This document shows positions 9,979 through 17,989 of a DNA stretch of 64,000 nt, piece after piece. Made by a program: the position numbers and the translations under genes. Source of the DNA: an uncultured bacterium (GTDB lineage: Bacteria; Zhuqueibacterota; QNDG01; DTFT01). Location of the stretch: contig CAVTNR010000010.1 in NCBI GenBank assembly GCA_963736115.1, positions 1 through 64,000 on the forward strand, written 5' to 3'. The notes under the pieces were generated by a model that saw only the letters and a list, made by a program, of their open reading frames with translations, made no database searches and was not told the origin of the DNA. Every line of letters starts with the position of its first letter. Position 1 is the first letter of the stretch.

Positions 9979-11172
9979 ATGAAAATCCGCATTGTCGTAT
10001 CCGGAATCGCGGGCCTTCTCGCGCTGCAGGCGGCCTGGTCCCCGGCGCACGCGATTCCCGCATTCGCCCGCAAACACAAGTTCTCCTGCACGACCTGCCA
10101 TGAGCCGTTTCCGCGGCTGAAGCCCTACGGCGCCGATTTCGCGGGCGACGGATTCATGCTCAAGGACGGTGAAAAGCCGTCCGATTACACGAAGACCGGG
10201 GACGATCTGCTCCGTCTGAACAAAACCTTCCCGGTGGCCGTGCGATTCGACGCCTTCTCCGTGATCGATCCGGACGGCGCAGTTCAGACCGATCTGCAGA
10301 CGCCCTGGGGCGTGAAAATCCTGTCCGGCGGCGCGCTTGCGGACAAGGTCGGGTATTATTTTTATTTTTACATGTCTGAAAAAGGCGAGGTAGCGGGCAT
10401 CGAAGACGCCTACATCCATTTCAACGACGTCCTCGGATCCGGCGTGGATATCATGGCCGGCCAGTTCCAGACTTCCGATCCGCTCCTGAAGCGGGAATTG
10501 CGGATGACATTCGAGGATTACATGGCCTATAAGATCAAACCCGGGCAGTCCTCCATCAACCTGACCTATGACCGCGGCCTGATATTCCTGTACGGCATCG
10601 AAAAGACCGGCACGGATCTGACAGCCCTGGTGGTAAACGGCTCTGGGATTCACGCTCCGAAAGAGGGCACCTCGACCGTGGACGACGACAATTATAAAAA
10701 CGTCGGTTTCCGCCTCGTTCAGGACGTGGCCGGATTTTTCTCAATGGGAGGTTTTGTTTACTCCGGGAAAGAAGTATGGGGCGCGGAAGGCGGACCGGAA
10801 GACAGATGGGGCCGCAATGACGTGACCTATATCGGACCGGACGTCTCTCTCCGGATGGGACCGATGGACGTCACCGCGCAATACCTCCGCAGGACGGATT
10901 CGAACCCGCATTTCAACGGTTCCGCCGAGGCTGAAACCGATAATATCATCGTCGAATGCTTTCTCATGCCGGACCGCGTGAAGTCGCGCTGGGCCGCGAC
11001 CTTGCTGTACAACCGGGTGGATTCGGATCTGGCGGGATTCGAGACCTATCACACGGCCACGCTGAACGGATCCTGGCTCATGGCGCGCAACTTGAAGTTC
11101 GGAGCCGAGTGGACGCGCGATATCGAAAATCAAAAGAACCGGTTTGTGTTCGGGCTGATGAGCGGGTTTTAA
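9979..11172 (+). CDS. Cyc2-like monoheme cytochrome-porin fusion
   Basis: After the signal peptide AIPAFARKHKFSCTTCHEPFPRLKPYG; beta-strand-rich remainder ending in Phe. Confidence 0.75.
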   Translation: MKIRIVVSGIAGLLALQAAWSPAHAIPAFARKHKFSCTTCHEPFPRLKPYGADFAGDGFMLKDGEKPSDYTKTGDDLLRLNKTFPVAVRFDAFSVIDPDGAVQTDLQTPWGVKILSGGALADKVGYYFYFYMSEKGEVAGIEDAYIHFNDVLGSGVDIMAGQFQTSDPLLKRELRMTFEDYMAYKIKPGQSSINLTYDRGLIFLYGIEKTGTDLTALVVNGSGIHAPKEGTSTVDDDNYKNVGFRLVQDVAGFFSMGGFVYSGKEVWGAEGGPEDRWGRNDVTYIGPDVSLRMGPMDVTAQYLRRTDSNPHFNGSAEAETDNIIVECFLMPDRVKSRWAATLLYNRVDSDLAGFETYHTATLNGSWLMARNLKFGAEWTRDIENQKNRFVFGLMSGF

Positions 11173-11230
11173 AAATTCTGACCAAACGCGTTACGAGAAT
11201 AGTCCGGTTATGACTGGGTCTTCTGTTTTC

Positions 11231-11311
11231 AGTTCATGGTTCATAGTTCATGGTTCATAGTTAAGAAAAAAACGATTTTTCAATGAACTATGAACCATGA
11301 ACTATGAACTT
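11231..11311. repeat. Heptamer-arm inverted repeat element, copy 4
   Basis: Four GTTCATR units, about 20 nt spacer, four YATGAAC units. Confidence 0.9.
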
Positions 11312-11313
11312 TT

Positions 11314-12054
11314 TCATCCCGCCGCCGCGATCATCGGCAGGGACGCGTCCGTCAGCGGCCCCCCGTTAAAATCCCCGAACCATTCCACTCTGCTGAATCC
11401 CGCGTTCGCCAGCATCCCGGCCAGCTCTCCCCTGCGCAGAGGGATGAGCGGCACGGCGTTCTCGATCACCCGCGGTCCGGACTTCACGGTCAGGACGGTC
11501 CGGAACCAGAATCGTTCCGAACCGGCTTCCGGCCGGTAGGTCCGTTCGAACCTGATTTTATCGTCCTCGAGGGTCGGAAGAACGGTCAAGCCCTGATCCA
11601 GAATCCGATCGTAATTCAGAATCTGCGCCAGAAACAAGCCGTCTTTCTTCAGCATGCCCCTGACTTTCCGGATAAAACCGGAGATCTCCTCACGCGATGC
11701 CAGGTGCACCAGCGTATTGCCGAAACAGACCACGGCGGTGAAGGAATCAGCGTAGAACCGCGAGCCGGCGTCACGCAGATCCATGACCTCGAACCGGGCG
11801 GCCTGAAGCGCCCGGCCTTTCTCAGTCGCCAATCGGACCATTTCCGCGTCCGAGTCGATTCCCGTGACCCTGAATCCGAAACCGGCCAGAGCCAGGGCCA
11901 GGCCGCCTGTGCCGCATCCGGCGTCGAGAACGGACGGACCGGACGCCCCAGCGGCCGGAAGCCCGATTTTCTTCGCCGCGAATGATACAGCCGCAGGATC
12001 GACCGGGAAAATCCGGTCGTACCAAGCCGCGATGCTTTGATAGAATCCGCTCAT
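11314..12054 (-). CDS. Class I SAM-dependent methyltransferase
   Basis: VLDAGCGTG, GIDSD, CFGNTLVHL, QILNYD; likely start MSGFY at 12054. Confidence 0.9.
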   Translation of the reverse strand: MSGFYQSIAAWYDRIFPVDPAAVSFAAKKIGLPAAGASGPSVLDAGCGTGGLALALAGFGFRVTGIDSDAEMVRLATEKGRALQAARFEVMDLRDAGSRFYADSFTAVVCFGNTLVHLASREEISGFIRKVRGMLKKDGLFLAQILNYDRILDQGLTVLPTLEDDKIRFERTYRPEAGSERFWFRTVLTVKSGPRVIENAVPLIPLRRGELAGMLANAGFSRVEWFGDFNGGPLTDASLPMIAAAG

Positions 12055-12230
12055 TCGGCCTTCCTGTTTGAAAGTCCATTCCTTTCCGGCCGGCTCCGGA
12101 CCCGGCTTCATTCTGGAGAAGTTAATCCGGACAACGCTCAAAACCAAGCCCAAAAAACGCTTGACTTTCGGGCCTGAGGATGGTACAATAAACCGGATGA
12201 TTCCCGGACCCGAGCGGGAGGCGGAAACAA

Positions 12231-13025
12231 ATGACTGAACCCGGCAAAGTGATCCTGACTCCGTTTATCGACGCGGCCGCCATTCAGCGCCGTGTCCTGG
12301 AGCTGGCGGACGCAATCGCGAAAGAAGTCAAGTCCGGCGAATTGCTCGTGGCCGGCGTTCTGAAAGGCGGCTTCGTCTTCACCGCGGATCTGGTGCGGGT
12401 TCTGAACCGCCTGGGTATACACGTGCGGATCGATTTCCTGCGCGTGTCCTCATACGGATCCGGCACTGTTTCCTCCGGAGCGCCTGTTCTTTCCGGAGAC
12501 CTGTCCGAGAAGCTGAACGGCCGCCGCGTCCTGCTGGTGGACGACATCGTCGACACCGGCCGGACCTCGCGGTTCGTGCACGATAAAATCATGGAACGCC
12601 GTCCGGCCTGGCTCCGGACCTGCGTCCTTCTGGACAAACCACGCCGCCGCGCCGTTCCCTTCGACGCGGACTACATCGGGTTCCGCGTGCCGGACGCTTT
12701 CATCGTCGGATACGGCCTGGATTACGACAACCAGTACCGGGACCGGCCGGAACTGTCCACGATGCGATTCGCGGACCTGAATCCGGAACCGCTGTTCCGG
12801 TTCTGCATCGAGGACGACACGGTTCTCTTCAAAGGCCACCTGGACGCGAAGGCCGCGGAGGGCGCGGGTGACACGCTTCTGCACTGGCACAGGGACCTGA
12901 ACCTCGACCTGTCCGGGATGCAGGGCGCGGACCGGGACGGAATGAATTTTCTTTCCCGGCTTCGTGAGTCCTTGTCCGATAAGGGTTTCAATCTCTCCAT
13001 CCGGGGAATGAAACGGACGTTTTAG
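12231..13025 (+). CDS. hpt: Hypoxanthine phosphoribosyltransferase with C-terminal STAS-like extension
   Basis: GVLKGG, VSSYG, VLLVDDIVDTGRT, LLDKP, FIVGYGLDY; about 80 extra C-terminal residues. Confidence 0.9.
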   Translation: MTEPGKVILTPFIDAAAIQRRVLELADAIAKEVKSGELLVAGVLKGGFVFTADLVRVLNRLGIHVRIDFLRVSSYGSGTVSSGAPVLSGDLSEKLNGRRVLLVDDIVDTGRTSRFVHDKIMERRPAWLRTCVLLDKPRRRAVPFDADYIGFRVPDAFIVGYGLDYDNQYRDRPELSTMRFADLNPEPLFRFCIEDDTVLFKGHLDAKAAEGAGDTLLHWHRDLNLDLSGMQGADRDGMNFLSRLRESLSDKGFNLSIRGMKRTF

Positions 13026-13048
13026 GAAACGTGACAGGAGTCCCGCAC

Positions 13049-13711
13049 ATGCTGAACAAACTCCGCGAACCCGTCAGCGGCCTCACCCATCTCGCGGCAG
13101 CGGTCGTATCCGCGTTCGGACTGGCCCTTCTGCTCGTCATCGGCCGCGGTGGCGCGGCCAAGATCGTTTCACTCGCCGTTTACGGCGTCAGCCTGGTCCT
13201 CATGTTCTCGGCAAGCGCGTCGTACCACATGGTGAAGTCCACGCCCGGCGTCATCCGCTGGCTCCGCAAGCTCGACCATTCCTCGATCTTCCTGCTCATC
13301 GCGGGCACCTACACGCCGATCTGCCTCCACTTCTTCTCCGGATTCTGGAAATGGGGCCTCCTGGCCGTGATCTGGTCCATCGCCGCGGTCGGTATCTGCG
13401 TCAAGATGTTCATCCTGAAGGCGCCCCACTGGCTCAACGCCGCGATCTTCCTGGTCATGGGATGGCTGTCGCTCGCAGCGATCAAGGAGATCATCGCAAC
13501 CATGCCCCCGGGCGCCCTGGTCTGGCTGGTGCTCGGCGGCGTATTCTTCACTCTGGGGGCCGTCGTCTACATCGCCAAGAAACCGAACCCCTGGCCGGGC
13601 CGGTTCGGATTTCACGAGATCTGGCACATTTTCGTGATTTTCGGATGCGCGAGCCATTTCATTCTCATCGCCTGGTATATCGCGCCGCGCATCATCGCGG
13701 AGGTGATTTAA
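13049..13711 (+). CDS. Hemolysin III / PAQR family membrane protein
   Basis: EPVSGLTH, SASYH, LDHSSIFLLIAGTYTP, FHEIWHIFV. Confidence 0.93.
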   Translation: MLNKLREPVSGLTHLAAAVVSAFGLALLLVIGRGGAAKIVSLAVYGVSLVLMFSASASYHMVKSTPGVIRWLRKLDHSSIFLLIAGTYTPICLHFFSGFWKWGLLAVIWSIAAVGICVKMFILKAPHWLNAAIFLVMGWLSLAAIKEIIATMPPGALVWLVLGGVFFTLGAVVYIAKKPNPWPGRFGFHEIWHIFVIFGCASHFILIAWYIAPRIIAEVI

Positions 13712-13720
13712 CAAAAACAC

Positions 13721-13753
13721 AGACCTGAAAGGTCTTTCAGACCTTTCAGGTCT
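13721..13753. repeat. REP-like palindrome
   Basis: AGACCTGAAAGGTC-TTTCA-GACCTTTCAGGTCT. Confidence 0.7.
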
Positions 13754-13791
13754 GCAGGCAACGATTGAGCGTATATAAGTCCGGTCGTCTG

Positions 13792-13872
13792 ATGAAGGAC
13801 CCCGCCGCAAGCAGCGGGGTATCACAAGAAACTTGGATGATGGACGCCGTAAGCGGCGGGGAATCAAACCCG
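13792..13872. mobile_element. IS200/IS605-end-like double-hairpin remnant
   Basis: TGAAGGACCCCGCCGCAAGCAGCGGGG ... CGCCGTAAGCGGCGGGGAATC; same CAAGC-loop hairpins as the MITE at 53882. Confidence 0.55.
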
Positions 13873-13970
13873 TCGGAGCGGCCAGAAGCCCAATCTCCGA
13901 TTAACCAGAAAGATTGGAACCGGAATGAACAGGCTTCTGGCCGCCCGATTGAAGTCTCTTCAGAACCGGC

Positions 13971-14174
13971 CTAATCATCGAGCACGAAAGTGACCGCCAT
14001 GTTGACTTGATACTCCGTCAACCGCCCGTTTTCAAGCCGGACATGTTGTTCCTTGATCCATGCGCTTTTGACGTTCCGCAAAGTCTTGATGGACCGCTCG
14101 ATCCCCTGCTGAATCGCATCCTCGAAACTCTTGTTCGACGTCGCACTGATCTCCGAAATTTTGGCGATGGACAT
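13971..14174 (-). CDS. Dodecin family protein
   Basis: SATSNKSFEDAIQQGIER..KTLRNV...EYQVNMAVTF. Confidence 0.92.
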   Translation of the reverse strand: MSIAKISEISATSNKSFEDAIQQGIERSIKTLRNVKSAWIKEQHVRLENGRLTEYQVNMAVTFVLDD

Positions 14175-14522
14175 GGAATGCCTCCTTTGATGGTTTTCAT
14201 GCTTCCGGTCGGAACCGTCTTTCCGTCAACGTTATCAAACCAACTTCAAGTCCGTGATTATTGAAAAATGCCGAAATGACCTAAAAACCACCATAAAAGC
14301 AGGAAAATGATTATCGTGGAAAGGCATCCGCCGCCCCATTTCTTTGCTCCCCAACCCGCCGTGATTCCTCTTAAAAGTTTGCTCATTGTGCCTCCTTCTG
14401 ATCAAAATGTCGCATGAGTAGCGCCGATTTTTTCGACCGGCGAAACCATAAACTTCATTTCAGATTGAAGCGGAGTTCAGTCCGCTTGATGCGTGAACGC
14501 GAGGGTCTTCCTCAAACAATCT

Positions 14523-15002
14523 TCAATCCAAAACCTGCGATATCGCTTCCCAGGTGATGGTTCCGTTATTCACGCTGTATTGAAGCAGCATGGATCCAAG
14601 CATATGCCCTTCATCAAACTTGGTAAAAACCCATTGTTTCGACAATATGATCGTTTCATTTCTATCAAACCGCCAGGAGACACCGGGTTTGGGTTCGAAC
14701 GTGATCAACCGGCCTTGTTTCATCAAATCATTCAGTATGTCTTCCTCGGGATTTTTTAGCCCGTTTTTTTGAAATCGTTTTATGTCCCAGCTTTGCAACT
14801 TTGATGCTTTTTGCGCTGATGTTAAATCCGAATTACCGACTTGAGCCGTTCGGTTCAATCGATCTATCTCTCCCTTTAATTCAATGTTTTGTTCTTTCAA
14901 ATCAGCGGTTCTTTTCTTTTCCGTAAATATCATAAACGCGAACAGCACCGTACAGAGAAAAAACAGAAGGAACAGAAATTGATTAAACTGATTGCGCTTC
15001 AT
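14523..15002 (-). CDS. Hypothetical membrane-anchored protein, AT-rich
   Basis: Start MKRNQF with AGGAG RBS; N-terminal TM helix then a coiled coil. Confidence 0.75.
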   Translation of the reverse strand: MKRNQFNQFLFLLFFLCTVLFAFMIFTEKKRTADLKEQNIELKGEIDRLNRTAQVGNSDLTSAQKASKLQSWDIKRFQKNGLKNPEEDILNDLMKQGRLITFEPKPGVSWRFDRNETIILSKQWVFTKFDEGHMLGSMLLQYSVNNGTITWEAISQVLD

Positions 15003-15070
15003 CTGACAACTCCTTTTTATGTTAATGTTCAATTAATATTGATGCGTTCAAGCCCCGTTATGCGAAGGGT

Positions 15071-15273
15071 TGAATCTGTCAGCGAGCGCATTCCCCGCGG
15101 CTTGTCTTCAACAAGAAGGTATATAATAGCTTGATCCCGCGTTGCGGGCCGCGGGGTTAGCGAGCGAATATCAGATGTCTCTTCTCTACAGATAGAAGAT
15201 TCCCCGACGCTTGCCTTCAAACAGAAGGCAGATAATAGCTTGGTCCCGCGCAGCGGGCGGCGGGGAGATTCAA
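15071..15273 (+). mobile_element. Non-autonomous IS200/IS605-type MITE (PATE-like) carrying two 44-bp inserts
   Basis: Near-identical to 53882-54041 once 15105-15148 is removed; ends GGGGAGATTCAA. Confidence 0.75.
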
Positions 15274-15498
15274 TCCCGGAATGTTTCGGGAGAAATCGAT
15301 TTTGATCATTTACGTCCCGAGAACGGCTCATGCCCCGACTCCCCGAGACTCGGTTCACCCATATGATTTACCGCTTTCTATGTAATAAATTTTAATTTAA
15401 AATTCAATCACCCATCAGGATGAAAAAGGATTTAGATCTTTGGCACTACCGGAAACCGAGGGTCCAATAGACAAACGCTCCTGGAGATTCAGAACCTC

Positions 15499-15543
15499 CC
15501 CGCTGCGCGGGACCAAGCGATCTTATTTTTCACATATTGAAGG
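15499..15543 (-). mobile_element. 45-bp variable-core mini-element
   Basis: Reverse complement of CCTTCAA-N18-GCTTGGTCCCGCGCAGCGGG. Confidence 0.75.
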
Positions 15544-15756
15544 CTCGAAGCGTCCGGCTATAGACATCCCACCCCGGGGTGGCCTCCGATTCTCCATTCC
15601 CCGTAGACTCGGCCTCCCGTGACCTTTTTTTACTTGTTTTTCTGGAATTGAATGGTTAATTTTCTGTATTAGTAATATTTGATGTCCGGCTCCTTTAAAA
15701 CTGTTCTCTTGCCAGTTGACATCGACAGGACAGCCACAATTCAGGGAGATTGACGA

Positions 15757-16956
15757 ATGAAAAGAAGAGAATTTTTGCTCAAGGGCGCGGCCGGCGTGGC
15801 CGCGGCCGGTCTCTCCGTGCCGTCTCTTCGCGCGGCAACCGGGGGAAAAAAGCCGGATGCGAAAATCGTCTACCGAACCCTCGGACGGACCGGGCTCAAA
15901 GTACCTGTCCTGAGTTTCGGGGTCATGAACACCGACAGCCCGGAGCTGATTAAAAAAGCGCTCGACATGGGGCTCAACCACCTGGACACGGCCAACGGCT
16001 ACCTGCGCGGCAACAGCGAATCCTCCATCGGCCGGGTGCTCAAGGAAACCGGCATGCGGGATAAGGTGTATGTGGCCACCAAAATCTGGCTGTCCAGGGA
16101 CTGGAACACGGGCGTATTCACAGCCGAAGACTCCGGCCGCGCGCCCGGGGCGAACGCTGAAAATTTCAACCGGATGCTCGAACAGAGCCTGGAGCGCCTG
16201 CAATCGTCTTACGTCGACATCCTCTACATTCACGCGTGTGACAACGCGGGTATGGTGACCTTCGAGAATACGATGAACGCGGCCCTGAAGGCGAAGGAAG
16301 CGGGCAAAACCCGTTTCATCGGCGTTTCGGCCCACACCGGAGTCGCGGAAGTCATTCGCGCGGCCGTGGATTCGAAGGTCTACGACGTGGTGGAAGCGGC
16401 GTTCAATTTCCAGCGTGAGGACAGGGACGAGGTGGCCAAGGCCGTCGAATACGCACGCGCGAATAAGGTCGGCATCGTGGCCATGAAAACGCAGGGCGGC
16501 GCACGTCGCGAGGGCGACCCGGCCGCGTTCAATCACAAGGCTGCCTTGAAATGGGTGCTCCAGCACGAGGGCGTCAGCACCACGATACCGGGCATGAGCA
16601 CTTTCGAACAGCTGGATCTCAATTTCAGCGTCATGGCCGACCTGAGCCTGACGGCCGAGGAGAAAAAAGCAATACAGATGACCGGCCTCAACCACGGCCA
16701 GTTCTGCCAGAACTGCAATGCCTGCGCCGCGCAATGCCCGGCCGGCGTCGCAGTGCCCGATCTCATGCGCGCGTACTGGTACGCCGAGGGCTACGGCAAT
16801 CTCAGCCACGCGGAATGGACGCTCGGCAATCTGCCGGCCGACCGCGGCCTTGCGGCCTGCGGGAGTTGTTCGGAATGCAGGGTGGACTGCAAACACGGTG
16901 TGAATGTTGCCAGCCGCGTCCATAAACTCGGCAGACAGTTTAATATACACGCCTGA
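15757..16956 (+). CDS. Aldo/keto reductase with Tat signal and C-terminal Fe-S dicluster
   Basis: MKRREFL Tat motif; YRTLGRTG, LDTANGY, SLERLQ..YVD; CQNCNAC...CP and CGSCSEC...C. Confidence 0.9.
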   Translation: MKRREFLLKGAAGVAAAGLSVPSLRAATGGKKPDAKIVYRTLGRTGLKVPVLSFGVMNTDSPELIKKALDMGLNHLDTANGYLRGNSESSIGRVLKETGMRDKVYVATKIWLSRDWNTGVFTAEDSGRAPGANAENFNRMLEQSLERLQSSYVDILYIHACDNAGMVTFENTMNAALKAKEAGKTRFIGVSAHTGVAEVIRAAVDSKVYDVVEAAFNFQREDRDEVAKAVEYARANKVGIVAMKTQGGARREGDPAAFNHKAALKWVLQHEGVSTTIPGMSTFEQLDLNFSVMADLSLTAEEKKAIQMTGLNHGQFCQNCNACAAQCPAGVAVPDLMRAYWYAEGYGNLSHAEWTLGNLPADRGLAACGSCSECRVDCKHGVNVASRVHKLGRQFNIHA

Positions 16957-16982
16957 CCTCGGACGCGTGGAGGATTGTTCCC

Positions 16983-17894
16983 ATGCTGCAAAGAATCCGT
17001 ATGTTTTCCGTCTTGTTCCTGATTCTGGGGACCGGACCGCTGATCAACAGCCTGTCCGCCGGAGAAGCGGAAACAGAATTGCTCGGCCTGCTCCCGCAGG
17101 CATCGGACTCAGTCGACTGCAGTCCCGCTTTCGAACCTCGTTTCTTTGACCCGGAGAACCTGTTCGAGTACATCAACGGCGCCGCCGATGAGTACCTGAT
17201 CTACGGGTTCCAAAAGGTTGTCACCGCGGATTACTCGGTCGGTCCGGATTCGAGTTCGGTGAACGTCGAGATCTACCGCATGGAGAACCCCCTCCACGCT
17301 TTCGGCATTTACGCGGCCGAGCGTTCGCCATCGGAGCCGCCGGCCGACGTCGGCGTGCAGGGGTATCAGGGTTCGAACGTTCTGATCTTTCACAAGGGCC
17401 CGTATTACGTTAAAATCACCTGTTTCGATTTCTCCAAAGATCTCAGCGCCGTTCTGCGGACCATGGGCAAAGCCATGGCCGGCCGTATGACCGGCGGCGT
17501 CGAAAAACCGGCGTTGCTCCGGCATTTCCCGGAGGAAAACCGTGTCCCCTACACCGAACGGTTCATCCCGTCCGGGTTCATGGGGCAGAGTTATCTCACC
17601 AACGGTTACCGATGTGATTACACGGACGGAGAGTCGGGTTGGCAGGCGTTTCTGGTCCCCTGTGATTCGGCCGCGGCAGCGACGGACGCGTTCAGGCAGT
17701 ACCGGCATTTCCTCGGGACCCAGGGGTATGCGGTCTCCGGACAGGACGACGGCATATCCCTGACCGCCCGGAAAGAGGATTTCATCCTGGCATTCGTTCA
17801 GGGATCTTTTTTCGGGGGCGTGCTGAACATCCGGAGCCTGGATGAAGGCCGGGCTTTCGTCGAGGCGATGAAAAAAAGTCTATCCGGATCCTGA
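16983..17894 (+). CDS. Exported protein, DUF6599-like
   Basis: LFEYINGAADEY..YGF, EIYRM..P..AFGIY, KGPYYV. Confidence 0.7.
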   Translation: MLQRIRMFSVLFLILGTGPLINSLSAGEAETELLGLLPQASDSVDCSPAFEPRFFDPENLFEYINGAADEYLIYGFQKVVTADYSVGPDSSSVNVEIYRMENPLHAFGIYAAERSPSEPPADVGVQGYQGSNVLIFHKGPYYVKITCFDFSKDLSAVLRTMGKAMAGRMTGGVEKPALLRHFPEENRVPYTERFIPSGFMGQSYLTNGYRCDYTDGESGWQAFLVPCDSAAAATDAFRQYRHFLGTQGYAVSGQDDGISLTARKEDFILAFVQGSFFGGVLNIRSLDEGRAFVEAMKKSLSGS

Positions 17895-17923
17895 AAAACG
17901 CTTCCCTCTAAAACGGTAAATGG

Positions 17924-17957
17924 AAAAAGGCCCCCGATCCTGTCGAGGGCCTTTTTT
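17924..17957. terminator. Bidirectional rho-independent terminator
   Basis: AAAAAGGCCC...GGGCCTTTTTT between convergent genes. Confidence 0.8.
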
Positions 17958-17989
17958 CATGTGCCAGGTTTCGTCCTACTCAAGCCGTT

